From Callorhinchus milii (lineage: Eukaryota): a stretch of DNA of 64,000 nucleotides. The DNA lies in assembly GCF_018977255.1 (NCBI RefSeq), contig NW_024704742.1:45014001-45078000 (forward strand). The letters run 5' to 3'. Every line of letters starts with the position of its first letter. The stretch's first letter is position 1. A program made the position numbers and the translations under genes. Positions 25,820-38,854 of this stretch are shown here, one piece after another. The notes below the pieces were generated by a model. It searched no databases, was not told the DNA's origin, and saw nothing but the letters and a program-made list of their open reading frames with translations.

Positions 25820-26055
25820 GAAGTTGACCAGAAGTCGCTGGGAACACTCAGCAGGTCAGGCAGCATCTATGGAGAAAGGAAAGTGAGTCAACATTTCGGG
25901 TCCACGACCCTTCTCAGAACTGGAGCATGGTAGGAGGGAGAGGCTTTTAATGGCTAACAGAGAGGCGGGAGGCAGGACAAGGAAGACAAAGGAGAAAATG
26001 GGTTGGAGGATAGGGGATAATAGGTTAAAGAGGTGGTAATGATGCAGAACAAAGT
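25820..26055 (-). mobile_element. Penelope-like element relic with degenerate hammerhead ribozyme
   Basis: Plus strand reads cactcagcaggtcaggcagcatctatggagaaagg; minus strand reads CTGA-GA-A-GGGTC-GTG-GACCC-GAAAT-GTTGACTC. Confidence 0.7.
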
Positions 26056-26329
26056 GCTGAAAGCACTTCACAGTGTATACTGTAAAGTGGATTGACTGTG
26101 TATTTTGTGGACGAAATGCGGCAGTGTCCCACAAACAGCCATGGATATCAACTCAGTCTATAGCCTCAGCACTTCTTCAGCAACACAAGATTGTTCACAG
26201 TCTTAATCATTTGCTGGGTTTGATGTCCATTGATTAAGAATCACCATCTGCAGCCTTTGAATCTGCGCAAGCATCTATAGAGGGAAAGCAACAGAAGAAC
26301 TTCTGAGACAGTGTAATTTTTGGTCCTGC

Positions 26330-26567
26330 GCTGTTGTTCAAATTTGGAATGATCTGCCTGAAAGGATAGTGAAGTCCGATTCGATAACAGCTTTTAAGAG
26401 AGAACTGGATAGGTATCTGGGGAAGATGGGTTTGCAGGGTTATGGGGAGAAAGCTGGTGATTGGGGTTAGTGAAAGTGACTTGCTCTGTCAAAGAGCCGG
26501 CACAGACTCGACGGGCCGAATGGCCTCCTTCTGTGCCGTAACATTCTATGAATCTATGAATCTATGA
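26330..26567 (+). mobile_element. CR1 LINE 3' end, well preserved
   Basis: Translates VVQIWNDLPERIVKSDSITAFKRELDRYLGKMGLQGYG; 3' UTR gggccgaatggcctccttctgtg; octamer tail (tctatgaa)x3. Confidence 0.9.
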
Positions 26568-26605
26568 ATATAATAATAATAATCCTTGCATTTGATGTAG
26601 CACCT

Positions 26606-26932
26606 TAGCACCTTAGCTCAGTGGTTAGAGCACTCGCTTTGCAAGCGAGAGACCTGAGTTCAATTTCAGGCAGGGCGAAACCTTGGGCAAGTTTCCTTAC
26701 TCCACACAGAGCCTAATAATAATCCCTCCAAAACCAAAAACAATAATAAATTGGTCATTTTCAATCTACGACTGTTTGTGGGACATTGCTGTGCACAATT
26801 GGCTGCCACGTTCACCCACAAATATACAGTCAATTCATTTTATAATGTGTCCTGTGAAGCGCTTTGGGACGTCCTCCCGACGTGAAAAGCGCTATATCAA
26901 ATACAAGGATTATTATTATTATTATTATTATT
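26606..26932 (+). mobile_element. Young tRNA-derived SINE, short form, nested in an older minus-strand SINE (26570-27010)
   Basis: A box tagctcagtgg, B box gagttcaatttc; near-identical to 36902 and 62081; (tat)n tail. Confidence 0.95.
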
Positions 26933-27904
26933 ATCATGTCTTCGAGCCACCTCAAAGCGCTTCACAGAATATATTGTAAAGTTAATTGACTGATTATTTT
27001 GTGTGCGAAAAAATATATATACATATATATACTTGTATACATATATACTTGTTTGGGGTACATACCAGCTACATAATGACACTCCCATTACTCCCACCCA
27101 ACATGCCCCAGTTCTGACGTTTTTATAATATTTGGAATGTTCATTCTTTTGCTTTGGGTATATAATGCGTTGTTTCACACTAATAGAGAGAGTCCTGATA
27201 CAGTAATGTTGCACTTCCAAAGGATAGGCCTGTTGATAGTACATTTTTCCTTCTAACACTGTTTTTCCTCATGGATGGAGTTTGAGACGAGAGTTTGCTC
27301 TGAAAGTTCAAATGGCACTGATGAGCTGATCGAGCTGTGCACTTGCCTTGTCCTTAAATCCCTCATTTGAATAACAACCTTACAATTCCCTTCACAGTAT
27401 CTGTTATTCAATCTTTATTTTACAAACAATTGTAAGAGGGTAAGCACCGACTGGTTTACCCAGGTAACTTGTGATCTGCAAACATGCTGTGCTCTGGGTG
27501 ACAAAGTCAATGTGTGAAAGTTGGCACAGGAATCAATACAGCTTGAGGAATGGAAAATTTATATGTGTCAGCGCTGTAGAAATTGAGTACACCCAAGCCA
27601 TGCAGATCTCAGCAGCAGCAAGCAACATTGCTGATAGCATGTTCTGGACCACCAACAGAGGTGGTGACTATGACACATGTAGCCTGAAACTCTCCCTGTT
27701 GATGCAAATGAACAGAACTGATTCTGCAGGTTTAACACTTTCATCATTCTATAGCACATCAAGAAACTGATGTCCATAGTTCATTACTCCTGTGTTGACT
27801 TAGCTTAGTTGGTTGTACACTTGCCTCAGGATCCAAATGATGCGCTTTTAAGTGTTTGTTGTAAATTTAGCTCCTAGTCCAGGCTAATGCAGCAGCATAG
27901 TATT

Positions 27905-28312
27905 TTATTTTATTATCCTCGTGTTTGGTATAATGCCTTATCATGTCATTGAGATGTCTCAAAGAACTTCACATAATATACTGTAAAGTGCAATGATTGT
28001 GTATTTTGTGGGCGAAACATGGCAGCCAGTTTCACACAGCAACGTCCCACAAGCAGCCATGTGTATGAGTGACCAATTTTATTTGGGTAATTTGTTGGCC
28101 AGGATACTGAGAGAAACTCCCTTCTCTTTTTGAATAGTGCCAAGGGATCTTTAGCGTCCACCTATAAATGTTTATTGTCTCATTTGAGGAACGACACCTC
28201 TAATAATGCAGCACACCTCCAGGACGGCGATTCCAAGTCCCGATGTGGCTTGAGCCCACAAACCTTCTGACTCAGAGATGAGATTGCTACCACTGCAGCC
28301 AGCAGGCTGACA
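27905..28312 (-). mobile_element. Deu-domain SINE, near full length
   Basis: tRNA-like head (ggctgcagtggtagc..gggctcaagcc on the minus strand), Deu core, L2-type tail. Confidence 0.8.
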
Positions 28313-28767
28313 CTTTTGAATACAAATATAGTATATGGGGTATAAATACTCCACAGGGACAGCCATCAGTAAAGTCACATCAAATCCAAATGAATTTGCT
28401 ATCTAAAATCAGTTGTAATTTTGGGATGAAAATTGTGACTTTGGAGTTGTCACTGGTGGAGAGCAGATGTTGAGTTCCACTTCAAGGGTGCCTGGTTCAA
28501 CTCAGATTGACTTAAATCAGTATCTTAAATCGGGTTGGCACTGAAACAGCACAGTGAGGCACCCTTAGATTAATTTGTGTTCCCATTTCCAAATTATTTA
28601 TGTCCAGTGCAAATAGCTTTCATCCGATCATTAATCCCTGAGGCACTACCCCACAGGTTACTTCCCTCTATGCATGAGCACTTCATATACCAATGACTGT
28701 TCCTTCCTATTTCACAGCCAATTTCACATTTTAGATGCTCGCCTACTTATTCTTTGAAATTTAACAC

Positions 28768-30248
28768 TTTTTTTTGAAAATATATTATTTACTGCTAAAT
28801 ATAATATTTAGTACAATAGAAATCCAAAACAAACACAACATCATCTGGTTCCAATTTTTCCCTTCCTCTCAATATAAAAAACATTCCATTGTTTACGATA
28901 CATTCCTTCACCGCACATAGGTTGTGCACACTTTTTTGGGCGGACGCTCCCTTTAACACAGTCGGGAGTCGCCCCTGTGTCCACCACATCAATGTACGTG
29001 CCCGCACATACCCTGATAAGGCGCACTTGCCGCTTTCGGAGGGCGTCCTGATGTGAACCATCCGCTCACATGTTTACCGTTCATACATTTTCAGAACACT
29101 CTTTGGTTACATCTCGAGTGTCCTTCTGCACCCTTACTTCAGTCAGTTTTGGGTGCGCTCATGGGCTATCCCATGGGTGAGCCCTGAGTGGGTTGTGCCG
29201 GAGCAGCTCCTGCCGGGATCAGGCCCCAACTGGCCTTTGCCACGGTTGAGTTGAACTTCAGCTTGTCCCTCAGTATTATTAGCCCTTGTCCCCTCCTTCT
29301 GCCAGAAGAACACCTGGCTTCAGGAGTGCCAAAGGATCTCCTTTACCGAGTTTATATGAAACCTTGGGCAAGTTTCCTTACTCCACACGCCTAATAATAA
29401 TCCCTCCAAAACAAAACAATAATAATTTGGTCATTTTCAATCCATGACTGCTGTGCCTCAATTGGCTGCTACGTTTCACCCACAAATATATGGTTAATTC
29501 ACTTTACAGTCTATTCTGTGAAACAGTTTGAGACGTCGAGAAGACATGAAAAGCGCTATATCAAATGCAGGGATTATTATCATTATTATTGTGATCATCC
29601 AGGCATCATTCAACCCAGGGATGTGGGTTGCGCTGTGAGTGCCCGGGAAGAGGCCATACAGCACCAAATGCCGTGACAGCCGGTCACCAGGGATGAACTG
29701 TGAGAGAAACCATTCCATCTTTTTCCAAACCACCTTTGCGAAACAGCAATCCAAGAAAAGATGGTCCACGGTCTCCTGGCCTCTGCAGCCGGCCTGAGGG
29801 CAACGTGTTGACTGGCCACAGACCTCGATCGTGCATGAAAGCCCTGAGAGGGAGGGCCCCTTTTATCACCAGCCAGGTCATGGCCTGATGATTATTAGTC
29901 AGGGCTGGTGACGAGGTGACGATGTAGCTGACTGTCACTGCAGGGTACCACCCGATTGGGTCTCCCTCTCCCCCTTTCGAACTGTTTGGACTACCTGTCG
30001 TGCGGACAACTCGATGATTGTACGGGGGTTTAGGATGATGATCTTCAGGAATTTCTCAACTTAGGATAGGTAGTTCGGCATGCTCCAACTGTGTGGAAGG
30101 TTTCAAGGCAGTTCTCCCAGACCCATCTTTCTTAGCACCGGGTACAGGTAGAAATCCAGCATGTAGCGACACTTGTTTCCGGCGTATCGGGGCTCCAGGC
30201 ATAGCCTCAAGCAGCTGCACCCAAAGGTGCCCATGAGGATCAGGGCTT
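28768..30248 (-). mobile_element. Tx1-type (L1 group) LINE, 5'-truncated, interrupted by a SINE
   Basis: Minus-strand translation LILMGTFGCSCLRLCLEPRYAGNKCRYMLDFYLYPVLRKMGL; WLVIKGALPLRAFMH; MDHLFLDCCFAKVVW; VLYGLFPGTHS; INSVKEILW; ILRDKLKF..AKASWG. A 3' UTR of about 450 bp and an A8 tail at 28768-28775 follow. Confidence 0.85.
29356..29590 (+). mobile_element. tRNA-derived SINE, short form, 5'-truncated, inside Tx1 ORF2
   Basis: gaaaccttgggcaagtttccttactccacacgcctaataataatccc.. through to the tail. Confidence 0.9.
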
Positions 30249-32280
30249 TATCACACTTTATCTTGCAGAGTAATCTTTGTGGGACTTAGTCAAAAAAAAG
30301 TTTGCTAAAATTCAAATACATAAAGTTCACTGAGATCCCCTGTGCTTTGCTGTGCTTGATTACCCTCCTGTAACAATGTGCTGTGTCACTTTAGTCATTC
30401 TATATCTTTCACTATCATTCTGCTGATTTGTAAAATCTCTGAATCATGGAACTAAATGAGTCTGAAAAGTCAGGGTAGGATCGTCCCCTTCATTTGACTG
30501 TGATTGGGAACATGTGACCATGGCTATGGCCTGGTGTTGACAGTACTGAGACATATTAAAGCTGAGTTGTAGATTGCTATCAACATCGGTATCAGAAATA
30601 ATCGGGAATGGGTGGAGAAAAGTAGAAGTTGTGATGTGATAATTATCACTGATGATAATTATCACACAGACCAAAATGCAGTGAATGAAAAGCAATCCCA
30701 TGTTATCGACTGCTGTGGGTGCAAAGCCCACTTCCTGCCTCCAATACATTGTTTTTCATCATTTTTGTTATTTGTTATTGTGAATGCAGTGTTTCTGTAT
30801 TTCCTCACCAGAGAGCAGCCTAATTATTCTGAGGCCCGGGGAGAAGATTCTACCTTATTCCTTTGATGCCAGCATTTTCATGACTGAAAAACTTAGAAAG
30901 AACAAGGAAATCCTCTAAAGACTCAAATGTCCCTGGAAACAGGGAACCTCATGTTATGAAGCTCTTTCTGTTACCATATGAGGTTAGTGGAACATTCATT
31001 GCACTATTCTGGTCTGTGCTTGGCATCAAATTCTAGGGGAAATTTTGACAAAGGCTCCAGGAAACCATTGCTCAATTGATTTATAATAAGACAAGACATG
31101 CTTTACAACCTTTGAAATAATGGACAACAAGAAGGTTTTTAATACAAATGTTTTGATCAATGCAGCTGTTCTATTTACTACCAATGATTAACCCACCCAA
31201 CTGTGAGAGATAATCTATTGCAGTGTTACCTAGTAATGCAATTTGCCCTTTTTAACTTGATCATAATCTGCCCTGTATTCCCCCCTCAAGCATGAAATCC
31301 ACAGACATTTGTGTGATCTCATTTTAGCATTTTATACTGTTTGAATAAGATAATAAAGATAAAATATCTGTTAGAATGTATATTATGCAATAGATTTAAC
31401 CTGACAACAAATTGCAAATAGCACCCTTGTATTTCCTATCTATCGAACATGTGATGGGCATAACTCTCATTTGCTTACAGTACAAAGGAGTACATGATTT
31501 TCATTAGGTTCCAAAATAGGAGGAGATAAGAGCAAAGTGAAACAGCAAATGGAGGCAGCACAAAAGGTACATCTTGGGGCTCTTTTTAAGAAAATGGAGA
31601 CCTGAAGTTCAAGTGAGAATCACTGAGGAAATTCTGTGATGGAAGATTTCCAAGGGAACCTTTGTTACTGCGTTTTTAATGACAAAGTGCACTTCTAATA
31701 ACCCCATTTGACAAAGCCAGTCCATTAAAAGGCAAATTTTACTGTGAAAACTGACAAAACAATTTCGCGTTGTATTTAAAAAAATATTTTTTTCGCCTCT
31801 CTTGTCTGAGTACGTTAGCACAAAGCTTTCCTTCACTGCAGTCAGTCAGCTATGATCTCATGACTATAAGTCAAGATTTCAGAAGCATTTTCCAAACCAT
31901 CATTACTTGTATAAATGACAGATACCCAGCTGCCGGGAGGGAGCAGGGCAAAGTTCAAGGCTGTAATATAAAATTGAAAAATTGTTCTTTCCACTAGTTC
32001 TTTTCAATTTTATTGATGCTTTCCAGATCCATATTGAACCTTCCAGGATTATAGGCCTGATTTTATTTTTTCTATTTGCAAGAACAACAATGAGGCACTC
32101 TAAGTGTGCATTGATAGCATTTACAAGTGGAGATGAAAAAGTGCTGCTTTATATGGTTGCAAAAACTACCCCTGCTATGTGCTTGCACACTTAGTAAGTA
32201 ATACAAACAGTCATGAGACACTGAAGGTCTATAAGAGTATTTGCCAATCCTTGAATGGAGAGTCAGCTGAACAGACAAAC

Positions 32281-32900
32281 TTTTCTGTCCTTGAGTGGTT
32301 CAGATCGTATCTCTCACACCATCTCCACTTCATCTCCACAAATGGATTCTCGTGTGGCATTCCTCAGGGCTCTGTCCTTGGTCCCCTCCTCTTCAATATC
32401 TATATGCTCCCTCTTGGTGACTTCATTCACAGACATGGGGTCAACTTCCATGTGTATGCGGATGACACCCCATGAATGAGAGCCAACTTTCTTCAATTGA
32501 ATGTCAACAAGACCGAGGCTCTCCTGATTGGCTCCCGTCAGCGCCTCCACACCTCAAGCGTTGATTGTATCACCATCCAAAGATGCACACTCCACCTTAC
32601 TAAGCCAGTCAGGATCCTTGGCGTCTTGTTTGATCCTCAACTATCCTTTCTAACCCACATCCTTGCCATGACCCACTCTGCCTTCCCCCACCTCCGCAAC
32701 ATCACCCGGCTCCACCATTGTCTCAAACCGCAGGCTGCCGAAACCCTCATACAGGTTTTCATTACATCCAGGCTTGACTAAGTAAACTCCCTGCTTGTCA
32801 GCCTCCACAACTCTGAAACACTGATTGTCCAGCGCCTTGGGATGTCCTTCTGACGTGAAAGGCGCTATACAAATGTCATTTTGTTGTTGTTGTTGTTGTT
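32281..32900 (+). mobile_element. L2 LINE fragment with internal deletions
   Basis: [47 protein letters not shown]; (ttg)n tail. Confidence 0.9.
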
Positions 32901-33134
32901 TCAGCTGTGGTGAAAAGGATGACCTGAGTGATATGGACTCAACGAGAAATCCAACTAAAAAGAGAATTAGCAACTAAGCTGCACTGAACCCAACAATCTT
33001 TAGAGAAGAGGCAAGAACATCTTTTAGAAAACTGAAGGGAATTTTCTAAAATGCAATCTATGAACACCTGAGAACAGCTACCAAAGCAATGGAGAATGAA
33101 GTATTGTCAAAACTAAATCATTTGACAGTTCTGG

Positions 33135-33380
33135 AATGTGATATAGCCCCTTATCTCATCATTGAGACATCTCAAAGTGCTTCACAGGATGTTTCTGTGA
33201 ACTGTAGTGACTGTGCATTTGTAGGCAAATGTGGAAGCTAGTTTGCAGACAGCAATGTCCCATAACAATCTTAAAGTGAATGACCAACTTTTATCTGGGG
33301 GAATGTTGGCCTCGACCCCCAGAGAAATTCTCTTCTCTTATTGAGTCGTGCCATAGGATTTTTAAGCCGCTCTTGAACAG
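33135..33380 (-). mobile_element. Deu-domain SINE fragment
   Basis: Reverse complement of the Deu core and tail. Confidence 0.65.
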
Positions 33381-34064
33381 ACTCTCAAGAATTAAAGAAT
33401 GGTTTATTTTCCAAACCCACTGTTATTCAATAATTACTGAGTTTGTAGCACATATGGCATTTACATACTTAAATGGGTGAAATTTAAAAAACTCTAAATC
33501 TTCAGTACCGAATGGTGTCACTTTCTGCATGAAATGTGTATTGACGCTAACACAAACCCAATGAAGCAGCTCTATAATACCCATCCTGCTATCTACCAAT
33601 TACAGCATCAAGCTGTTTCTTAAATTATTGCACTGTCCTGGCCTCTCCCACCCTTCCAGCTGGTAACCCACTCCAGCTGTGGATTAATGTCTATGTAAAT
33701 ACTACCTCGTGTCTGTTTTAAAATTGCCCTTCACAACCCTGGACCTGTACCATCATGCCTTGGTGTCAATTTAGAATAGGATTGGAATTGGCTCTTGAGC
33801 CCTCCATGGTCGAATAGTCTGCTGATCACATGCATGCACAGTTTCCAGCATGGATCATTCCAAAGTGATCAAAAGCAGGAAACCGAGATGATTTTCTCCT
33901 GTTTCTTTTGACATTAATCACATAATTAAGATAACCTGTATTGTGGTTGTACACAGTTAACCAATTACATTTTTTTTAGAAATGAGATGTTAATCCAACC
34001 TGCAAATTAGACCCTAGTATTAAAGTGCCTTCTCACTGGTGCCTTGTATTTGAGAAAATGTGTG

Positions 34065-34615
34065 CCTGGCAATGGAATGTCGGAATCGAGACAGCCCTCT
34101 GTGACTATCTCAGCAGTCCAGTTCGTGAACTAGGTGGGCCTGCAGAACTCCAGGGTATTGCTGATGACAACACAACCAGCTTGGCTCATCTGCAGGACCT
34201 GGAAGGGTAGACAAGTCACTGGGGCAGGGAATCATCCCACTCAGCTCCTGTTAACCCTGCAAGCCAAAGCCCTAATGGGTAGGGTGGTCCTAGCTGGACA
34301 AGCAGTGGGAAAACTTGCAGGACAGCAATATCAATGGCACGCTATGTGGTTTTAGCTGATTAGACTCCAGCAATTCCAAAACGTATACTCTGGGGTCCCC
34401 AAGTCTTGGCTCTTGCTAACCTGAGCTTAATACCTTCTGGAATTAGGTAAGTAGAATGTGTCCCTCCAGGGAGAGAGTGTGCATTCTGTTCCAATGATCT
34501 ATCTCTAAGATTTCCATGTGTAGGTGGGATGCATGGAAATCTCAGCTTGGTTTGGAAGCTGTTAAGCATGATGATGGGTTTCCGCATGTGCCAGGCACCT
34601 GGCTGACAAAATATT
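34065..34615 (+). repeat. Unclassified interspersed repeat, copy 3 of 4
   Basis: Colinear with 14680-15180 (ttaaccctgcaagccaaagccctaa, cctagctggacaagcagtgggaaa, gggatgcatggaaatctcagcttgg). Confidence 0.85.
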
Positions 34616-35004
34616 TGAGCAGCCTTAACTGGAATGGGAGCATGTCCATACATCTCTGTTCACCACTGGGTACACTGTAACTCCTGAAAAACAGACCGGA
34701 AACCAAGACAACAAAACTAGCAAAATATACTCAGGATGACTTCCAACCTCTGCTTGCTAATTTGGAAAATGATTTGCTTGTTAAAGCTAATGAGTATGCT
34801 TTGGTTTGAAAACTGCCTGTCAAAACATTTTGCTCCCAATGCGTTTCTTTGCCCTTGACAGATTGATGTTCCCCAACAAGGACAAACATGGAGTTTGTTT
34901 ATTTAATAATAATCCTAATAATCTTTGTATTTGATATTGTGCAACTGATGAGGATGTCTCAATTCAAAACTTAAGAAATCTCAAAAGTGTTTGCTCAAAA
35001 AATG

Positions 35005-35165
35005 ATTATTCACTTCATGGCTGTTTGTGGGATGTTGCTGTGTGCAAACTGGCTGCTGCATTCGCTTATAAAATACAGTTACCACACTTTATAGTAATCC
35101 TGTGAAGTCCTTTGAGACATCTTTCCAACATGAAAGCCTTACATCAAACCAAGGATTATTATTGT
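35005..35165 (+). mobile_element. Deu SINE 3' fragment
   Basis: ggctgtttgtgggatgttgctgtgtgcaaactggctgc plus tail. Confidence 0.7.
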
Positions 35166-36901
35166 TATTTCATTAGAATATTCAAAAAGGGAAAAGGATT
35201 TCTCCGAGTGCTCGAACCAACAATCCCTTAGGTAACATTGGTTGTTTTGGAGACCATGCTGAATGCAAATTGAAGCTTAATTACAAATCAACAGTAACTA
35301 CACTTGTGAGCAATCTCCTGGAAAGCACTTTGAGACATTTCAAAGATATAGGCACGATAGGAAATGAGGGGATTCTTTTTAAGATTCGTATTGCATGTTT
35401 GCTCAATTTAGTCATCTATCAAAAAAGAAGGTTCTCACAGTCCATTTCAAAAGGTGAATTCTATTACTTTTGCATCATTCCATAAATCTATTTCCACCAA
35501 GCAAATTTCACATGAATTCAGCTCATCTCACTTCTGTCAACTTTTGCTAATGTACCTTTCAATTCTACTGTGCCCCAAAGGAGGGGACTGAGCAGTGCTA
35601 CCACAGCAATTCTACTAGAATTGGATTAAAATGTAGGTGCCACACCGCCCACATGCACCACAAGTTAAAATCCTACATGACATGGGTTTATCTGATGCAT
35701 GATATACAAGATATTTGTTATAGAAAAAACCTTGATTCTGCAACAGTGCCCATAAATACAAATTGTGCATGCTTCCATATTTCAAAATATTTTAGACTGC
35801 GAGGCGAAACTTGTGGTGTTTCATATTGAGTTTAGTGTGATAATTATCACATTGAATGCATTATGAAAAACTACAAATCACACTCTTGTGCATTAGTTGA
35901 AGCACATTTAATTTTATTTTTGGTGAGTTCGTTTTTTTGCGTCAATGGCAATAAGTAATTTGTCACAAAGTCACCATTTTATTTGGAAATTATTCTTTTC
36001 CATAAAACATTTGTCCTCCTCTGGGAAGAAATAAATGAAAGCACAGAATAATAAAATCACTGCTGTTTTTTTGTTTATAAACCAATTTCAAAATGGCTGA
36101 TGGCAGTACAGGAAGGTTGGAATTGTGCAGAGAGATACAGCCCTGAGGATTCACAGACGTCACATTCATTTTACTGAGTGGTTGGAGAAGTGGTTGTTTT
36201 CAGAGATTTCGATTTAATGAGTAAATGCTGTATTACCTATCTGAGGAGTTAAAGGAGGATTTAAAGTGTCAGTCACTCACCAATCATGCCTTTCAAAGCC
36301 CCCCTGCCAAGAACAACTATGAACATCAGTCAGTCAGCGATGACCAAAGTTATTTCTCAAGTTGCTGCTGTTTTCCTCAGGAGGGCACATCACTATATCA
36401 GCTCTTCAACTGCAACAACAATAACAAAATGCAATACAAAATGAAAGTGTATTAAAGCTTTAAGAACTTTGCCAATACAAACACAGTACAGTGATATTTT
36501 GAAAATGTATAGTATTTGTACAGCTCTGTACCCCACTATATACTTACAAATCACCAGGACCATGAATATTGTGTATCATAAACTCTGAAGTTAGGAGCAG
36601 CAAGAGGCTGCATATTTTTAAAATGTATAATCAACGCATCTCCAATAAGAAGATTGTTAAAAGCATGCTGGAAGCAAAGATTATGGGTCTAAATATGTGT
36701 TCGGCACACACAAAAGGTCAATGTCAAACCTGATAGTGTTTTTTTTGGCTAGAGAATTTTAATGAAACGGGTTTATATTTCAACAAGAAAAGATTGACAC
36801 ACTTTTAGCCCTCTTATTCTAGGCATAGAGATGATATGTAAGAGAACTTTAGATTTACTGACCGCTTGTTATTTTTATCAATTACATCTGCATTTACATT
36901 T

Positions 36902-37228
36902 GTGCAGTCCTGTAGCTCAGTGGTTAGAGCACTCGCTTTGCAAGTGAGAGACCTGAGTTCAATTCCAGGCAGAGGGCGAAACCTTGGGCAAGTTTCCTTA
37001 CTCCACACGCCTAATAATAATCCCTCCAAAACCAAAACCAATAATAAATTGGTCATTTTCAATCTACGACTGTTTGTGGGACATTGCTGTGCTCAATTGG
37101 TTGCCGCGTTCGCCCACAAATATACAGTCAATTCACTTTATAGTGTGTTCTGTGAAGCGCTTTGGGATGTCCTCCCGACGTGATAAATGCTATATCAAAT
37201 GCAAGGATTATTATTATTATTATTATTA
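36902..37228 (+). mobile_element. Young tRNA-derived SINE, short form, full length
   Basis: Intact A and B boxes; near-identical to 62081-62406. Confidence 0.95.
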
Positions 37229-38854
37229 CAGATGGAGAACATCATCTGCAATAATGAGGAGCAAGACTGAGTATGTGGGTCAGGAATAATTGTTTAATGT
37301 ATGTAGGTATGTGGATAGCAATATCGAAAGGAATATGATGGTGTCAAAATTGTATTATTTCTAAACACAATCCATGTCTTATTTGAGGAACAGCAATAAA
37401 ATGTGATTTGAAATACTTCCCCTTCCAAATACAAATAATGATAAATAATTATAGTAATAAATACTTTTGGTAGAGTGCCTTTCACATTGGGAAGGCATCC
37501 CAAAGCATTGCACAGGGTATACTGTAAACTCCAAACAATTTTGGCAACAGTAATGTCATACAAACAGCCATGAAGTGAACAGTCAATTTTGATTAGGGTG
37601 AATGTTGGCTAGGGCACCTCACAACTGTGAATAGGGAGTGTTGGTCAGGACACCTCATAATATAAACATTAATTTAAATTTGTGAGTCTGCGGTGAAGTA
37701 AGGACTGACACAAATGTTATACAATTAATTAAGGTTTATTCATTCAGATTAATAATGGTTATAAGAAATTAAAAGAATATATCCAATTATGCTTACTTAT
37801 CCAAGTATAATGTAGTTCACAATGATATGAGTTGGTCAAACCAAATGCTGAGGAGAGATAATGGAGCAATGTCTAATTTAATGTCATTTTAGGCCAAATA
37901 TATGTCCATCAAAAGGTATCTAAGTATTGTTGTATGATTCCCAGTTTGATATCACCCAAAAGTATCCAGGTATTATTGTATGTTTAGTGTTTAAATCTTA
38001 GTCTTGAACTTTCTTCTTTAGAAGCTGGAATATGGTTCACAACTCAAAAGAAATTTCCAATTTCTTCCTTCTCTTTCCTATCGATCTCCATTTATACTGT
38101 TGATTAGGTGAACTTTCACCTATTGTCTTTTGCAAGACGGTTTACTTGTAAAAACAAATACAAAATAGCTCTCTCTAGCTCCAGACCGTTTTCCCATGAG
38201 AAAATGTCTGATAAGGAATGAAAACAGTTTGTTGTTTATAAACAATCCTTTGTTTCTCCTCCTTAAGAAAGGATTTCTTTGAAGCTCGTCACACTGCCAG
38301 CTCCCCTCATATGAGATTCAAGTAATATATTGCAAATAAATAAGCATTGTAAGAATAATTTGAGATATTATTTAAGACATTAATCTTAAAATAGGTAGTA
38401 TCTGGTGCTGACATCTTGTATTTCTACTTTGCTGGAACAGTTTTCAACTTCCAAAAGTGACCCTTCAGATCCTATTCAGTTTATTACAGGCAGAATTCAT
38501 CCTGAGTTAGGAAATATCTCATCAATGAACTCAGAGAGGCCATTTTCTGGCTTGCAAACAGCAATGGAAGTTTGGTTGAATCTTCTGCCCAATGCAACCC
38601 CCTAACAAAGTCTCATGAATTTGGTGGTTTCTCGAAGTATTGGAAACTGGAGGAAGTTGAGAAAGGTGTGTTCAAGCAAATAACACATTTCCCTTAACTT
38701 GCACATGCTCCAATATCCTGAACCAGCAAGTGACAGTTAACTGTATAATTTAGTTCTGCATACAAGGCAGTTCTTGGAAGGAGACTGGAGTTTGGTGCAT
38801 GCTGCTCATTAGCAAAACTGGATCTCCCATACAGTCTCACCACCAGTATAACCC

